A DNA stretch of 64,000 bases from Epithemia pelagica (lineage: Eukaryota > Protista > Bacillariophyta). The translations under genes and the position numbers were made by a program. Under the pieces are notes generated by a model. The model was not told the origin of the DNA and made no database searches. It saw nothing but the letters and a program-made list of their open reading frames with translations. The stretch covers positions 1,984,001 to 2,048,000 of the forward strand of contig OX337232.1 in the NCBI GenBank assembly GCA_946965045.2. Direction: 5' to 3'. Below, piece after piece: positions 1 through 11,150 of the stretch (within the stretch, counting starts at the first letter, position 1; each line of letters begins with the position of its first letter).

Positions 1-449
1 ACGAGAAAGAAGAATCTTTTCCTGAATAAGGATAAGGATTTTTCCGCACTGACCAAAGCGGAAAGGTAGGCGAGCCTGGCTCGTAAGTCGTAAGTCGTAA
101 GACGTAAGACTCTTGAGCAGTACACTAGTAGCTACAATAGTATTGCTATATGCCAAAAAAAGCGCAGGGCGACCCACATAGCCGCCCCAAGCCCCATCCC
201 GATGACGACGGGATTACTGTTTACTGTCGAGGTGGTGGTTGGTGGTGGTGGGCACTGGGGCTGGGACTCCCCCCCCCATGTACACAGGGCACACGGCGCA
301 CGACTGCAACGAGAAGCAAGCGCAGAGTATCCACCATCAATCACAAGTTTTGGTGTAATCTGCCAGGGGGTTCACTTTAGCGGTGCCATAGAGGCAACCT
401 CCTGCGAACAACACCATCGATCACAACACAAGTTTTGGTGTAATCTATC

Positions 450-1130
450 ATGACCTCTGCTTTACACAGCATCAGCAACGACAAGAAGAGGGTTCACTTT
501 GGCGGTGCTTTAGATTGGGAGGAAGAACGTCGTCGTTCTTGTCGAGGAGTGGAGGCAAGACAGCGAAGAAAGGAACAAAAGATGTCACTACAGAGACAAC
601 AACAAGCGCTACGGAAGGCTGTGCTCCAGATCCTTCGAGACAGCAAGTACGAAAATGGCATTGTAAAGATTTGTAGCACAGGAACACTTGGTTTCGATAT
701 CGCTACACGGGCTATCATGCTGGAAATCATCGGGGATGGAGGGAATGGTGACCAAGAGGGTGCGTGTGATGACAACCGACTGCGACTACTGCTACAACAG
801 TTTCGGTCCTCGGAAAAGAAAACGATTGAGCAGCTGAGTGATTCGGAATTATTTGGCATCGATTATTTGAAAGGTTACCCTCCCTTGAACGAAGAATTCC
901 ATGCAAGTCTTCCTGTGACGGTTGTTACCTCCTCTTCGGAGTCTTCCTCGACGGAAACTACACCTACCGGCACAGAGTTCGCAGCGAAGCGAAAGCGACG
1001 GAATGAAAAGCAGGGCAAAGAAAATGCTACGAAACGGTTCCCGCGAGGGATGGGCGGCCCCATTGTCTTCCAATCGGCGCGTGCGCATGTTCCACCCGAG
1101 GAAGACGAACAAGTTGATGAACCGAATTGA
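450..1130 (+). CDS. hypothetical ORF (226 aa), possibly repeat-derived or non-coding
   Basis: Open frame starting at ATG. No recognisable domain; low-complexity and basic C-terminus. Confidence 0.2.
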   Translation: MTSALHSISNDKKRVHFGGALDWEEERRRSCRGVEARQRRKEQKMSLQRQQQALRKAVLQILRDSKYENGIVKICSTGTLGFDIATRAIMLEIIGDGGNGDQEGACDDNRLRLLLQQFRSSEKKTIEQLSDSELFGIDYLKGYPPLNEEFHASLPVTVVTSSSESSSTETTPTGTEFAAKRKRRNEKQGKENATKRFPRGMGGPIVFQSARAHVPPEEDEQVDEPN

Positions 1131-1703
1131 ACAGAAGAATTTAATGACAGAACTCAATGTTTCTGTGATGGATATATATGAGGCCAGTTATTTGTCTGCA
1201 GATTGGTTATTTCCCGGAGACGGTCGGCATTACCAGTCAGAATTCAATGGCCTCATGTTGAGCTGGTTCTACAAGTAGTAACCATGGATCCGTTGCTTAG
1301 AATCTTCGAGCTATGGTTTGCTCGAATCAACGGTTAATTCCTCCGTTTGCTTTTTCTCTCGGCGTCCTTAACGTCATGGAGAAAGGATAAAATGGTCTCG
1401 AGATGCGACCGTCTTTTGTCTTCGAGAGGCCTTCAAGCAGAGCTAGAGTGCGGAATACAAAAGTAGGCGTAGCTAGCAAGAGCTTACTCTCTGCTCTCTC
1501 TAGTAGCTACTCTAGAACTCTAGCTAGAGAGAGCTATTAGAGTAAAGGAAGAGCTTAGTAGAGAGATGAATAAAGAATCTATAGCTGTATTCTAAAGTCT
1601 AATTCTGAAAGTCTAAGAGCTCTAAGTCTAAGAGTAATATCCGTTCGTGTTCGTTTTCCTCTCCTTGCCTCACTCATGACTGCTCGCAAATACTCGTAGA
1701 ACA

Positions 1704-2864
1704 ATGGTAGTGGTAGAGCCATTGGTGTTAGAGGCAAGGGCGGAGTCGGTTGCATCATTATCCATTGCAGGCGTTGATAGTCGATACTATGTTCAAAGGC
1801 TGGAGGCGATAGCACAATCCGTCGAAGAAGGGGATGAAAGGTCGCCACGGGGGAAAGAACAATGTGACAACTCCACCTGTCTGTTTGAATCAGCGTTGGA
1901 CACCTCCGAGAAAAACTGCGCGGGTGGCGTCGTTGCCGATGAAGGTGAAGTGGAAACAAATGTAGACGAAGAGGAACGCGATAAAGAGGAAGAATTGATA
2001 TGCATGGGAGACCATGTGTTCAAATGGTGTAGTTATCTCGGTATTCCTTTTGCTTACCAGCACCACGCGATTGTTTTGGAAGTGTTTCATGTGGAAGAAG
2101 GGAAACAGCGGCTGCGAGTGGCGGATTTCAGCAACTGGCAGCCGAAAAATGGCAGCAAAGGATCTTCAGGTTCATCGGGTCCAGGACTGACATTTGTTTC
2201 AGGCCGTAGCTCTGAACAAAGAGAAACGGAGAACAATGACACGTCCGAAACATCCGATGGATGTATCCAGACATATGAAACAGATGCCGATGATTGGCAC
2301 AAGGTCCAATATCGAGTCGGATTTTGGAAACGACATCTGTCATGGAGTGGAACATGCACGCAGACTCCTTCGGACCCTCCTGGGATGGTACGAGCTCGAG
2401 TACAGTTCTTGGTAGACCACCCTCACCTGATTCCTCCCTATGACGCGATTCAATCTAATTGTGAATGCGTTGCTTTGTGGTGCAAGACAGGGACTTGGAG
2501 TACGCTCCAGGCAGCCTCGTGGTTGTCGACGGCAGCGGCAGGACAAATGAAATCGGCTGCCACAATGGCCGGTGCGGCAACCGCGACTCAAGTCACCGTA
2601 CCGGCAACCGGTGTTTGGGGATGGCTCGGATACACAACACAAGTTTCATTGGCATCTACTCAACCCTTGCTCCTACCGGCCATTGCTGCATTTGGTGTTA
2701 TAACTGTGGGGTTGCCTGCTGTATCCCTTGCACTTGCTCGTCGTCATTGGAATAAAATGACAACGACTCTGAATACGGCGTTTTGGGAAGCCGCCGTCGC
2801 TCAACCCGATTTGTTTGTGGAATGTATAACCTACTGGAGTACTCAGGGTGACACTTCCCGTTGA
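1704..2864 (+). CDS. LRAT/NC-domain (permuted NlpC/P60-like) protein
   Basis: Motifs GDHVFKW..YQHHAIV and YDAIQSNCECVALWCKTG match the LRAT His...NCE(Cys) catalytic signature. The C-terminal region is hydrophobic. Confidence 0.8.
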   Translation: MVVVEPLVLEARAESVASLSIAGVDSRYYVQRLEAIAQSVEEGDERSPRGKEQCDNSTCLFESALDTSEKNCAGGVVADEGEVETNVDEEERDKEEELICMGDHVFKWCSYLGIPFAYQHHAIVLEVFHVEEGKQRLRVADFSNWQPKNGSKGSSGSSGPGLTFVSGRSSEQRETENNDTSETSDGCIQTYETDADDWHKVQYRVGFWKRHLSWSGTCTQTPSDPPGMVRARVQFLVDHPHLIPPYDAIQSNCECVALWCKTGTWSTLQAASWLSTAAAGQMKSAATMAGAATATQVTVPATGVWGWLGYTTQVSLASTQPLLLPAIAAFGVITVGLPAVSLALARRHWNKMTTTLNTAFWEAAVAQPDLFVECITYWSTQGDTSR

Positions 2865-2981
2865 TCGTTGCCTGAGGCATCCAGCTTGTCGTAGTCGGCC
2901 AACGGCAAGGTTGGGTGACACTTCCCGTTGATCGTTGCCTGAGGCATCCAGCTTGTCGTAGTCGGCCAACGGCAAGGTTGG
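2846..2981. repeat. 67-bp tandem duplication spanning the LRAT stop codon
   Basis: The unit GGGTGACACTTCCCGTTGATCG...GGCAAGGTT starts at 2846 and again at 2913, and the copies are identical. Confidence 0.95.
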
Positions 2982-3090
2982 CTTGTCCTATGCTGTATAG
3001 TAATAGTGTGCATAATGTATTGGAAACGATAGCTGATAGGGTCTTTGCTTAAACAGGCCAGGAGTGAAAAGTGAAAAATACTGTGAAAAA

Positions 3091-4955
3091 TTACTTTTTT
3101 CCATCGTCGCTTGATCCAGCCATTCCCAGGTCTTTCAAGATCTGGTATGCCTTATCTCCTAATGACATGTCAGCGTATTGATCTGTTGAATCCGCGGAAG
3201 TTTCCGAAGATTCAGCTGGTTCTGGAGAGTCTTCGCTTGTTTCAGCGCTTTCATCAGTAGCTGTAACAGGCTCTGAAGCCACTGAAGTTACCCCAACCTC
3301 TCCTCCTTCACTTTCTGATGCCATCACTTTCTCTCTTTCCAGCGACTCCTCCGCCAGCTTTTCCATAAGCTCTTCGTCAAAGTTATCTCCATCTCCTTCT
3401 GTTTCAAATTCAACGTCCAGGTTTGAGTTTTCCGCCAACCAATCATAAACAGCTTGTTGAGTCATTGTAGCTTCCACCTTGTCCCGCATTACTTTCTCGT
3501 CAAATTCCTCCTTGGTTTCGGCAGCATCTTTCCGAATCGCTTCCATTTGCTCTTCAACTTGGTAATCTGGAACGGTGATCCCTTCCACTCTGGCAATTTC
3601 CGTGGTTGCCATTGAAACCTTGAAGTCTTTCACAATATCAGGCTTCACAATATCCTTGTACTTATTGAAGTTCTCGGGGTTGATTTGACTTTTGATCTCT
3701 TCATCGGATACACCACCCTCTCTCATGTCCGCCATCATGACAGCAAATTTCTCACGAGCTTGGTTCGTGACGAGAGTGTCAGGTATTTCGACGTCCAAGA
3801 CTTTTTCAAGCGAATCAGCTAGAGCCTTGTTTCGGGCAGGTGCATATTCCTTGCTGTCTTCTTGGTCGACCGCTTTCCGTAGCTCGCTCATGAGCGATTC
3901 CTTCGTGAGACCAGCTCTGACCTTCGCAGCAAACTCGTCAGTGACCTCTGGTACTAGTCGCTTAGAAGCATTCAGAACTTCAACATCAAAAACAGCTTTC
4001 TTTCCAGCAAGGGATTTGTCGCGCAGTTTCTGTAGATTTAACAAAGAGGTCAGTATGGAATGCATCTCGTCAAAATCTGGTTAACAGCAAGCGTTCATGC
4101 AATGATTACCTCTGGAAAGCTGACTCGAACTTGTCTACTTTCGCCAACCTTGGCACCAACTATACCCTCTACAAGTCCTGTCATATACCGGCCGGTTGTA
4201 AGTACCACTTCCACTTGATCCCCTGATGCAGCATTTGGCAGAGGCTCCCCCTTTTCGCCGGTGGGTGTAGCCATGAAACCTTCCATGTTTACGGTACAAG
4301 AATCACCCATCTGAAGAGCGTAATCGCTGTCCAAGATCGGCTCCAAAGTAGCATACCGTTCCTTAAGATCATTCAAGGCCCTGTCCATCTTTTCTCGATT
4401 GAATGGCTTTCTGGTGTACTTGCCGGACAAACCAACATATGGTCTGTCACCTTTCCACTTAATATCGGGCCAAACATCGCAACAAACAGGAAGAATGAGT
4501 TCTTCTCCTGGCTTGTATTGATCAGCCAAGTCTTCAGCTGGAATTTTAAGACTGGGCTGCCCGATGGGTTGAAGTGATTCTCCTTTCAAAGCTGATTCGA
4601 CAAGCTGACCAATGAGTTCGTTAATGGCTTGAACTTTCAACGCGTTTCGACCGCCTCGTGCCGACATTCGCTGTTCCAGAACCTGCGGAGGGATCCTGCT
4701 TCCCTTTCGGAACCCAGGGATTTGAATGTTCCTGGACACCTCCGTACACACTTTGTCGTAAGCTGCCTTGGTAGCCTCGCCGGGTACTGGAATTTGTACT
4801 TCGACCGCAGAATCTGGAAGTCGTTTTACAGTCACTGAAGCCGCCCCATGAGCCGTGGATCTCCAACGAAAAGGTTGGGGACGGTTATGAGGAAGAAATG
4901 CATTCCCGAAGCGAGCAAACAGCAAAACAACGAGTGTTGGAATATGAAATCTCAT
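3091..4955 (-). CDS. tig: plastid-targeted trigger factor (2 exons: 4955-4110, 4029-3091; intron 4109-4030)
   Basis: Signal peptide followed by an ASAF-like cleavage site (GNA-FLP). Ribosome-binding motif IPGFRKG and FKBP-like domain (QMGDSCTVNMEGF...VSFPE|KLRDKSLAGKKAVFDV). The GT-AG intron restores the frame. Confidence 0.92.
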
Positions 4956-5298
4956 GGTGAAACTTAAGGAGATGAAATTCGGATCGATTTCTATTGACAT
5001 CGACGATCTTGATTGATGTGTGGTGACCATTAAGTTCCACGTGGAGGATTGTTGTGGATGCAGAGGTACGTCTTGACTTCAAAGTTATCGCGGGGCGGCT
5101 GTCCGATGTGCTCACTCACAAAAATTCCTGTCGAGGAACAAGGATTTCCCGTTGCTCAGTATGCTGGTCTCCTAGTTTGAATCAACGATTGGGATCACCA
5201 CATGGAGTGATGAAAGAAGCAAGAAAATGTTCTACAGTAGAGTTTTGTACGTATCACTTGTTGAGTACTTTTTGCCCAGAGGATGGAGGGCAAACTGT

Positions 5299-6791
5299 TC
5301 ACAACTTGCCAGAATATGGACTTTCCATCTTGTATTCACCCGTACCCGATTGATACAAATATTTCACGCTAGAAACGATATTTTGGAAAACCCAAGGAAA
5401 GTAGACATACTTCACATTGTGCTTTCTGCATACATCTCGCACGACGGGAGCGATATAGGGGTACCAAGACGACGACATTCGAGGAAACAAATGATGTTCC
5501 ACCTGAAAGTTCAAGCCTCCCGTCAGGTACCCAGAAATGAAGCCACCATAAGAGGAGGAAGTCTCGACTTGTGCCTTATACCAATCCACAGGCGTCTTTT
5601 CCACGTCACCCTTCTTGGTATCCAGCATGTGGGTTGGGTCCCGGTCCGCACCCTCAAAATTGTGCGAAATGGCAAACAGGACGGCCAATATCACACTTCC
5701 AGATCCACCCATCAATAATATGTTTCCGATGACAGACCATTTCAAGCCTTGCTTCATTATCGGAGCGACCACGTGAATAAGAATGTAGAAAAACCGAATA
5801 ATGCGAGCGTATTTGCGTCTCGAGACTGTGTAGTCATTGTCCATACGAAAGCCAGAATTCAGAGCTCCGCTATGTTTCAAGTTCCATGAAGCAGGATTAA
5901 ACATTTCCGTAACCCAATACAATGAAGCCAAAATGAAAAAGTAGACCGGTTGGAATTTATGGACGAAACTCCGGATTGGGTGACCCTTGGGGTGATTGTG
6001 GAAAAGAAACACTGGTTCGGATCCATGGGTGTCGGGATCCTTCTTACTGTGGTTCGTATAAGCATGATGGGTCCAATGTTGTTGCATCCACAGCCATTTG
6101 CTGCCGCCAATCAAATCGGCCCCCAATCCAAGAAGATGATTGATCCACGGTGTTTTCGACGCTGCGCCATGGTTTGCGTCGTGCTGCACATTTAATCCCA
6201 TTGAAGCCTTGACAAAACCATAAGCAAGGGCCAATTGCCAAGATGCTCCCTTGGTGACCCACAAGTACTGCAAATAAAAGTACAACGTGATGTATACACA
6301 GGCGCGAAAATACCATCCAAAAGTGCCGAACTCACGTCCACGAGGAACAATCTTGAAGACCTCACGCTTTAGCTCACGTTCGAACTCGCTCCCGAATGTG
6401 TATCTTATAAAGTAGAATCCGTAACACAAAGTCAGAACGTTCCTTCTGTCACCAACAAACTGCCCAGTACACCGTACGACTAAGACACTTACTCAGACTG
6501 GTAATCTTTCACAATAGCAACTTGCTTCATCTTCTCCAGATGCTTGCTCGTATGATACGGATGGATCATTTTGTACTGCACAGTGACATCGTTACCACCA
6601 AAGATCAAGATGCTTTCTCCACCAGGGTGAGGAAAGTCGGCAATGTCGTACACAACTCCATCGATACAAACTTCAGTTCCTTTCAATGTATCCAGCGTTC
6701 GTGTTGTGACAGCCGTCGACATAGTCTCATCGGCCTGAACGGCATCATTGCCGCTTTTGCGATTTCGCAGCCTTTCTGCGTTCGGCGCCAT
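5299..6791 (-). CDS. front-end (delta-5-like) fatty acid desaturase, copy A, the divergent copy (exons 6791-6493, 6403-5299)
   Basis: Cytochrome b5 HPGG motif and His boxes HDANH, HWTHH and QVEHHLFP. 89-nt GT-AG intron. N-terminus MAPNAERLR resembles diatom delta-5 desaturases. Confidence 0.9.
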
Positions 6792-6891
6792 GGTTGGCTT
6801 TTCTTGCCACACGTTGTGTTTTCTGTGAAAAAAAAAGGTTGGTCGCAGTTGCCGTCGAACGCATCACACGTCAGTCACACTTCATATCTAG

Positions 6892-7316
6892 CTAGTGCCT
6901 CGTCCCTGGGTGTACCCATTACACCCCGGGAGCGCTCTTTGGGTACACCATTTCAATAAGATAGGACATGACCAATATTAGGCCTACGGCAACATGTGGA
7001 TGCTCAAAGTTAATCTTTAAGACATCCTCTAACAACATTTGATAGCCCATTAGACCTATATATGACATACCTATGTCATATGAGCACCTCCATTAGAGAC
7101 GCCGCATGCCTCTAATGGAGGCGCTCATATGACCTAGGTATGTCATATATAGGTCTAATGGGCTATCAAATGTTGTTAAAGGATGTCTTAAAGATTAACT
7201 TTGAGCATCCACATGTTGCCGTAGGCCTAATATTGGTCATGTCCTATCTAGTTGAAATGGTGTACCCAACGAGCGCTCCCGGGGTGTAATGGGTACACCC
7301 AGGGACGAGGCACTAG
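6892..7316. mobile_element. foldback/MITE-like near-perfect palindrome (~205-bp arms, ~10-bp loop)
   Basis: CTAGTGCCTCGTCCCTGGGTGTACCC... at 6892 is the reverse complement of ...GGGTACACCCAGGGACGAGGCACTAG ending at 7316. About 6 mismatches by eye. CTAG lies on both sides. Confidence 0.85.
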
Positions 7317-7640
7317 AGTCCCCACCACCAGCAGCGAGTGGATAGGTAGTCTAGCTAGTCGTTGTGAGTCATCAATCCTCGACAGTACCTAAGGCTATCT
7401 CCACCCGAGCGCCGCTATGCTGACGTATTCGAGCTTTCTGATTGGCCTCGCTATCCGGATAGCGGGTTAGCGGAGCCAAGAGGAAATGAACTCCACGATC
7501 TCCGTTATACAATAGTGCCGCTATTGATAAGGCATTTGCAAATTCACATATGCCCTATCTTGTTTCGGTTAAAGAATGAGAGGGGAGAGGAGTCATCAAA
7601 CAATAGTCAGCAAGAACAGACCAAAGTTTGCTCAAAAAAG

Positions 7641-8975
7641 ATGGAGGACTCGTTGGATGAACTGTTGGAGCTGCTCCAACAGGAGGCAGATGTTGACATT
7701 GGTGTAGCTTCTACAGTTGCATCTGACCTCCTGGAACAACATACTAGCACCCAACATGGTGGTTCGCCTAAAGGAAAGGCACCAAACAAGAGTCGTGACT
7801 TTGACGAAGCGTACAAGCGATTGGTGCGCAATTACTTTGATGGAGAAAACTCCATCTACGACGAGGCAGACTTTGAGCGTCGGTTCCGATTACCCCGCGC
7901 AGTTTTCAATCAGATATACAACCAACTTTATGGTAGTGGTTGCTTCACGCAACATTACATGCTTGATGGACGTCCTGGGATCAACCCACTTGTGCGTCTT
8001 GTGGCTTGCTTTCGGAAGATTGCTTATGGGGATGCTGATGACAGGGAAGATGAAAATCTTTGCTTGTCTGAGTCGGTCTTACATGAATCCTTTGAGCAAT
8101 TCTTATCCCTTATCAAACAACATTTTGCCAAAGACTATTTAAATCGCCAACCTTCGTCTTCGGAAAAGGAGCACGCGTTGAAGAAAAATGCTGCTCGTAA
8201 CTTCCCAGGTTGCTTTGCGTCATGGGATTGCAAGCATTTCAATTGGGAAAACTGTCCTAAAGCTTGGGAAGGGCAATTCCGTGGAAAGGAGGGTGTCACC
8301 ACTCTTGTATTGGAAGCAATTTGTGATCCTGACTTGTACATTTGGTTTTTCTTTTTTGGGCAACCAGGGACTTTGAACGACATAAACATTCTGGATAAGA
8401 GTTCCATAGTTGGCGCAATGGTGAATGGCTCCTTTGATTTTTCATGTCCCGCTCCATACAAGATAGGACCAAATTGGAGAGACTACATGTACTTCTTGGT
8501 GGATGGTATCTATCCAGACTGGTCCATTTTCATTGATTCCTGTCAGGGCTCTGATGAAGAAAAGCTCAAGTATTTTTCATCATGTCAAGAAGCCGTCCGT
8601 AAAGACATTGAACGCTGTTTTGGTGTTCTGGTTAAGAGGTTCCATATTCTCAAGCGACCTCTGCGGTTCTGGACCCGATCAAAAATTGGAGATGTGTTGG
8701 ATTGTTGTATTATCCTACACAACATGTGTGTCGAGCATGGACGTGGCACGGATCCGATGGATGTCGATAGCGAAAACATGGCGTTCAATGCCGAGACAGA
8801 TGAAGTCGTGTCGTTGTTTGGTGCACCAGCCGAGGAAGTTGGTGCTGTCGGAGGAAGTGGAATTCAAGCCATTCTCCAGCATGCTCATTTGCAGGAGAAT
8901 ATCCAGGACTCGCAACAAAAAATATCCCTAAAAGGCGACCTGATTGAACATGCATGGTCTAAACGTAACGGGTAG
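7641..8975 (+). CDS. Harbinger DDE transposase
   Basis: FERRFRLPR N-terminal motif and catalytic D (SWDCKH), D (LVDGIYP), E (DIERCFGVL), followed by CIILHNM. The ORF is uninterrupted. Confidence 0.93.
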   Translation: MEDSLDELLELLQQEADVDIGVASTVASDLLEQHTSTQHGGSPKGKAPNKSRDFDEAYKRLVRNYFDGENSIYDEADFERRFRLPRAVFNQIYNQLYGSGCFTQHYMLDGRPGINPLVRLVACFRKIAYGDADDREDENLCLSESVLHESFEQFLSLIKQHFAKDYLNRQPSSSEKEHALKKNAARNFPGCFASWDCKHFNWENCPKAWEGQFRGKEGVTTLVLEAICDPDLYIWFFFFGQPGTLNDINILDKSSIVGAMVNGSFDFSCPAPYKIGPNWRDYMYFLVDGIYPDWSIFIDSCQGSDEEKLKYFSSCQEAVRKDIERCFGVLVKRFHILKRPLRFWTRSKIGDVLDCCIILHNMCVEHGRGTDPMDVDSENMAFNAETDEVVSLFGAPAEEVGAVGGSGIQAILQHAHLQENIQDSQQKISLKGDLIEHAWSKRNG

Positions 8976-8983
8976 GTTAATCA

Positions 8984-9943
8984 CTATATACTAGTTGCAA
9001 GCTGGTTGAGTGCAACCGCCACTTCAGATTCATCGCCGTCCATAATTTCTGTAGAGTTAGTGCTTTCTTCTGGGTCATTTTCCTTGTCACCTTCGTTTGT
9101 ACCAGGTTCATTTTCTTTTTCACCTTCACCAGCGCTAGACAGGTTTTGCCCATATTTGCGCAAGGTTTCTTCAAGAAGCTGTTGCTTGAGTTGGTAAACT
9201 TGGTCCTTGTGAGTCTCACCACACAATGAGATAACGCTCTTCAGCTGTGCCAGACGCCCAATGCTCTCTAACTGTTTATTACGGTGCTCGATAGCAAGGC
9301 GGAGTCTCTTTGCTTCTTCAAGCCGTTCTCGTGTCTCATCAGTCTTTTTGTTCTTGAGCATTTTTGATTTTGCCATGTCTCGACCACCAGGACGACTCTT
9401 GCTGTTGGGCTTAGGAGTAGATGCCACTTGTTCCGCGTCTGCTGAGGAATCAAAAACGGAGTCCGTCACGTCGTCATCCTCTCCAGAGTTGGACGAAGAG
9501 GACTCGGCAACAGCAAATTTAGGGATATCTTTTAATTCGATCCATGCCAGATAGTTGGGCCACTGGCATGCATCAAAGCTCTTGAAAAGGTAGGAAGGAA
9601 GCGAACTTTTTTTGAGGTGAATCGCCACTGCCATGTTTATTTTCTGTTGCTTGTCCACACCACTTAGATTTGCTCCTTCGACCAACCGCAACACACCGTT
9701 GAACTTCTGGATGTCTGCGAAAACTCTATCACGCAAATGTCCAAAAATGGACGCGGTGGAGCGATAGTGGTAGCATTGTTTGTCGCAACCATGTGGGGCA
9801 AGTGCTGCAATGTTTACTTTTACCTTTTCACGGAATATATCAGCTTTCTGGTCAGCACCAGAAATAGGGTCGGCAGAGGCCCTCTTCCACGCAAGTGCAG
9901 CAATGCGCTTTTCTTCAGGTGACCACACAGACCCACGACCCAT
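8984..9943 (-). CDS. Harbinger Myb/SANT-like (NAM-associated type) DNA-binding protein
   Basis: WSPEEKRIAALAWKRASADPISGADQK matches the Harbinger ORF2 Myb-like start. It lies inside the TIRs, convergent with the transposase. Confidence 0.85.
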   Translation of the reverse strand: MGRGSVWSPEEKRIAALAWKRASADPISGADQKADIFREKVKVNIAALAPHGCDKQCYHYRSTASIFGHLRDRVFADIQKFNGVLRLVEGANLSGVDKQQKINMAVAIHLKKSSLPSYLFKSFDACQWPNYLAWIELKDIPKFAVAESSSSNSGEDDDVTDSVFDSSADAEQVASTPKPNSKSRPGGRDMAKSKMLKNKKTDETRERLEEAKRLRLAIEHRNKQLESIGRLAQLKSVISLCGETHKDQVYQLKQQLLEETLRKYGQNLSSAGEGEKENEPGTNEGDKENDPEESTNSTEIMDGDESEVAVALNQLATSI

Positions 9944-10345
9944 GTTTTCTGTTTGATTGTTTTATGAAGGAGGCATAGAAAACACAACCATGAAACCCAA
10001 GAGATGGCATGCGATCGCTACCATGCCATCTCTTCGGCGGGAGAGATTCAAAAACACAACAGAATACACAAACCCACGACCGATGTTTTCTGTTTGATTG
10101 TTTTATGAAGGAGGCATAAAAAACACCAGCATGAAACCCAAGAGATGCCATGCGATCGCTACCATGCCACCTCTTCGGCGGGAGAGATTCAAAAACACAA
10201 CAGAATACACAGACCCACGACCGATGTTTTCTGTTTGATTGTTTTATGAAGGAGGCATAAAAAACACCAGCATGAAACCCAAGAGATGCCATGCGATCGC
10301 TACCATGCCACCTCTTCGGCGGGAGAGATTCAAAAACACTACAGA
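9921..10345. repeat. 141-bp tandem repeat, ~3 copies, inside the Harbinger element
   Basis: ACCCACGACC recurs at 9931, 10072 and 10213. The units carry an internal stem of the form AAGAGATGGCATG...CATGCCATCTCTT. Confidence 0.95.
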
Positions 10346-10546
10346 ACCAAATGAAGGGGACGCTGTTGGCATCATGCGTTGATTTATTTATGCCTACGGT
10401 TACCGCTATCCGCTATTTTTCCTGCTATTGGGGGCCCCAAATAGCGGCAAAAATAGCGGATAGGGGAGCTGTTTAGCGGTTAGAGGACGTGGTGGAGTTC
10501 AATAGCGGTATTTGGACCATTAGCGGCCCCGGGTGGAGATAGCCTA

Positions 10547-11150
10547 AGGGCTGGGTAAGCCGATCCATGTTCGGCTAAGTAGGTTCAGTACAAAAGCTAC
10601 GTGGCGTACATAAAATCCCATAGTACACGTCATACCTGAAATGGTGGGAAGTCCGAAAAAATGCAAAAACACTCCACGATGACGGCGAGATCCGTTGATG
10701 CCGCATGCATTCACTCATGCATCGCATCAACATCCGACCACTGTGAGTTGTTTGAGTTTGCTAGTATTACTGTGTTCTACAGCTACAGAAGATTTGTCGC
10801 GTTGGATCAAAAGTTATCCTCATTTTTCTGTGGTGATGTAATCTAAAAACCTTCCTAACTCATTCATTTCTCAACGGTGACTGAATCAAATTGAAACCAT
10901 AGTTGCTCTAGTATTAAAGAGTATTATTCTAAAAGTGATTCAGTTAGGCTCAATTATCCATGAAGTTATTGCCATGGGGGTGATTTCTTCGACCATTGTC
11001 GAGTGATTGCATTGTTTCTCGTGGCAGCAAGTTTTCGATTTGCGACTCGGTGTGACCATCCGCCCCACTTGTTACAGTCATGAAAATAGTACTACGTAGC
11101 TTAATGTACTGAGCCTACTTAGCCGAACATGGATCGGCTTACCCAGCCCT
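10547..11150. mobile_element. MITE with ~55-bp TIRs abutting the Harbinger right end
   Basis: AGGGCTGGGTAAGCCGATCCATGTTCGGCTAAGTAGG... is inverted at ...CCTACTTAGCCGAACATGGATCGGCTTACCCAGCCCT. Flanked by TA on both sides. No coding capacity. Confidence 0.85.

Larger units (their letters stand above)
7393..10544 (+). mobile_element. complete PIF/Harbinger DNA transposon
   Basis: TIRs GGCTATCTCCACCCG / CGGGTGGAGATAGCC. TAA TSD at 7390-7392 and 10545-10547. Subterminal CCGCTA/TAGCGG repeats. Convergent transposase and Myb-like ORFs. Confidence 0.95.

Noticed and set aside
82-446. (CGTAAG[T/A])x4 microrepeat at about 82-110 and a 20-bp direct repeat at 342-361/427-446
   Set aside because: Too short and context-free to interpret at the window edge; not a known telomere motif.
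9915-10292. 125-aa ORF with an internal protein repeat
   Set aside because: It is only the translation of the 141-bp (multiple of 3) tandem repeat.
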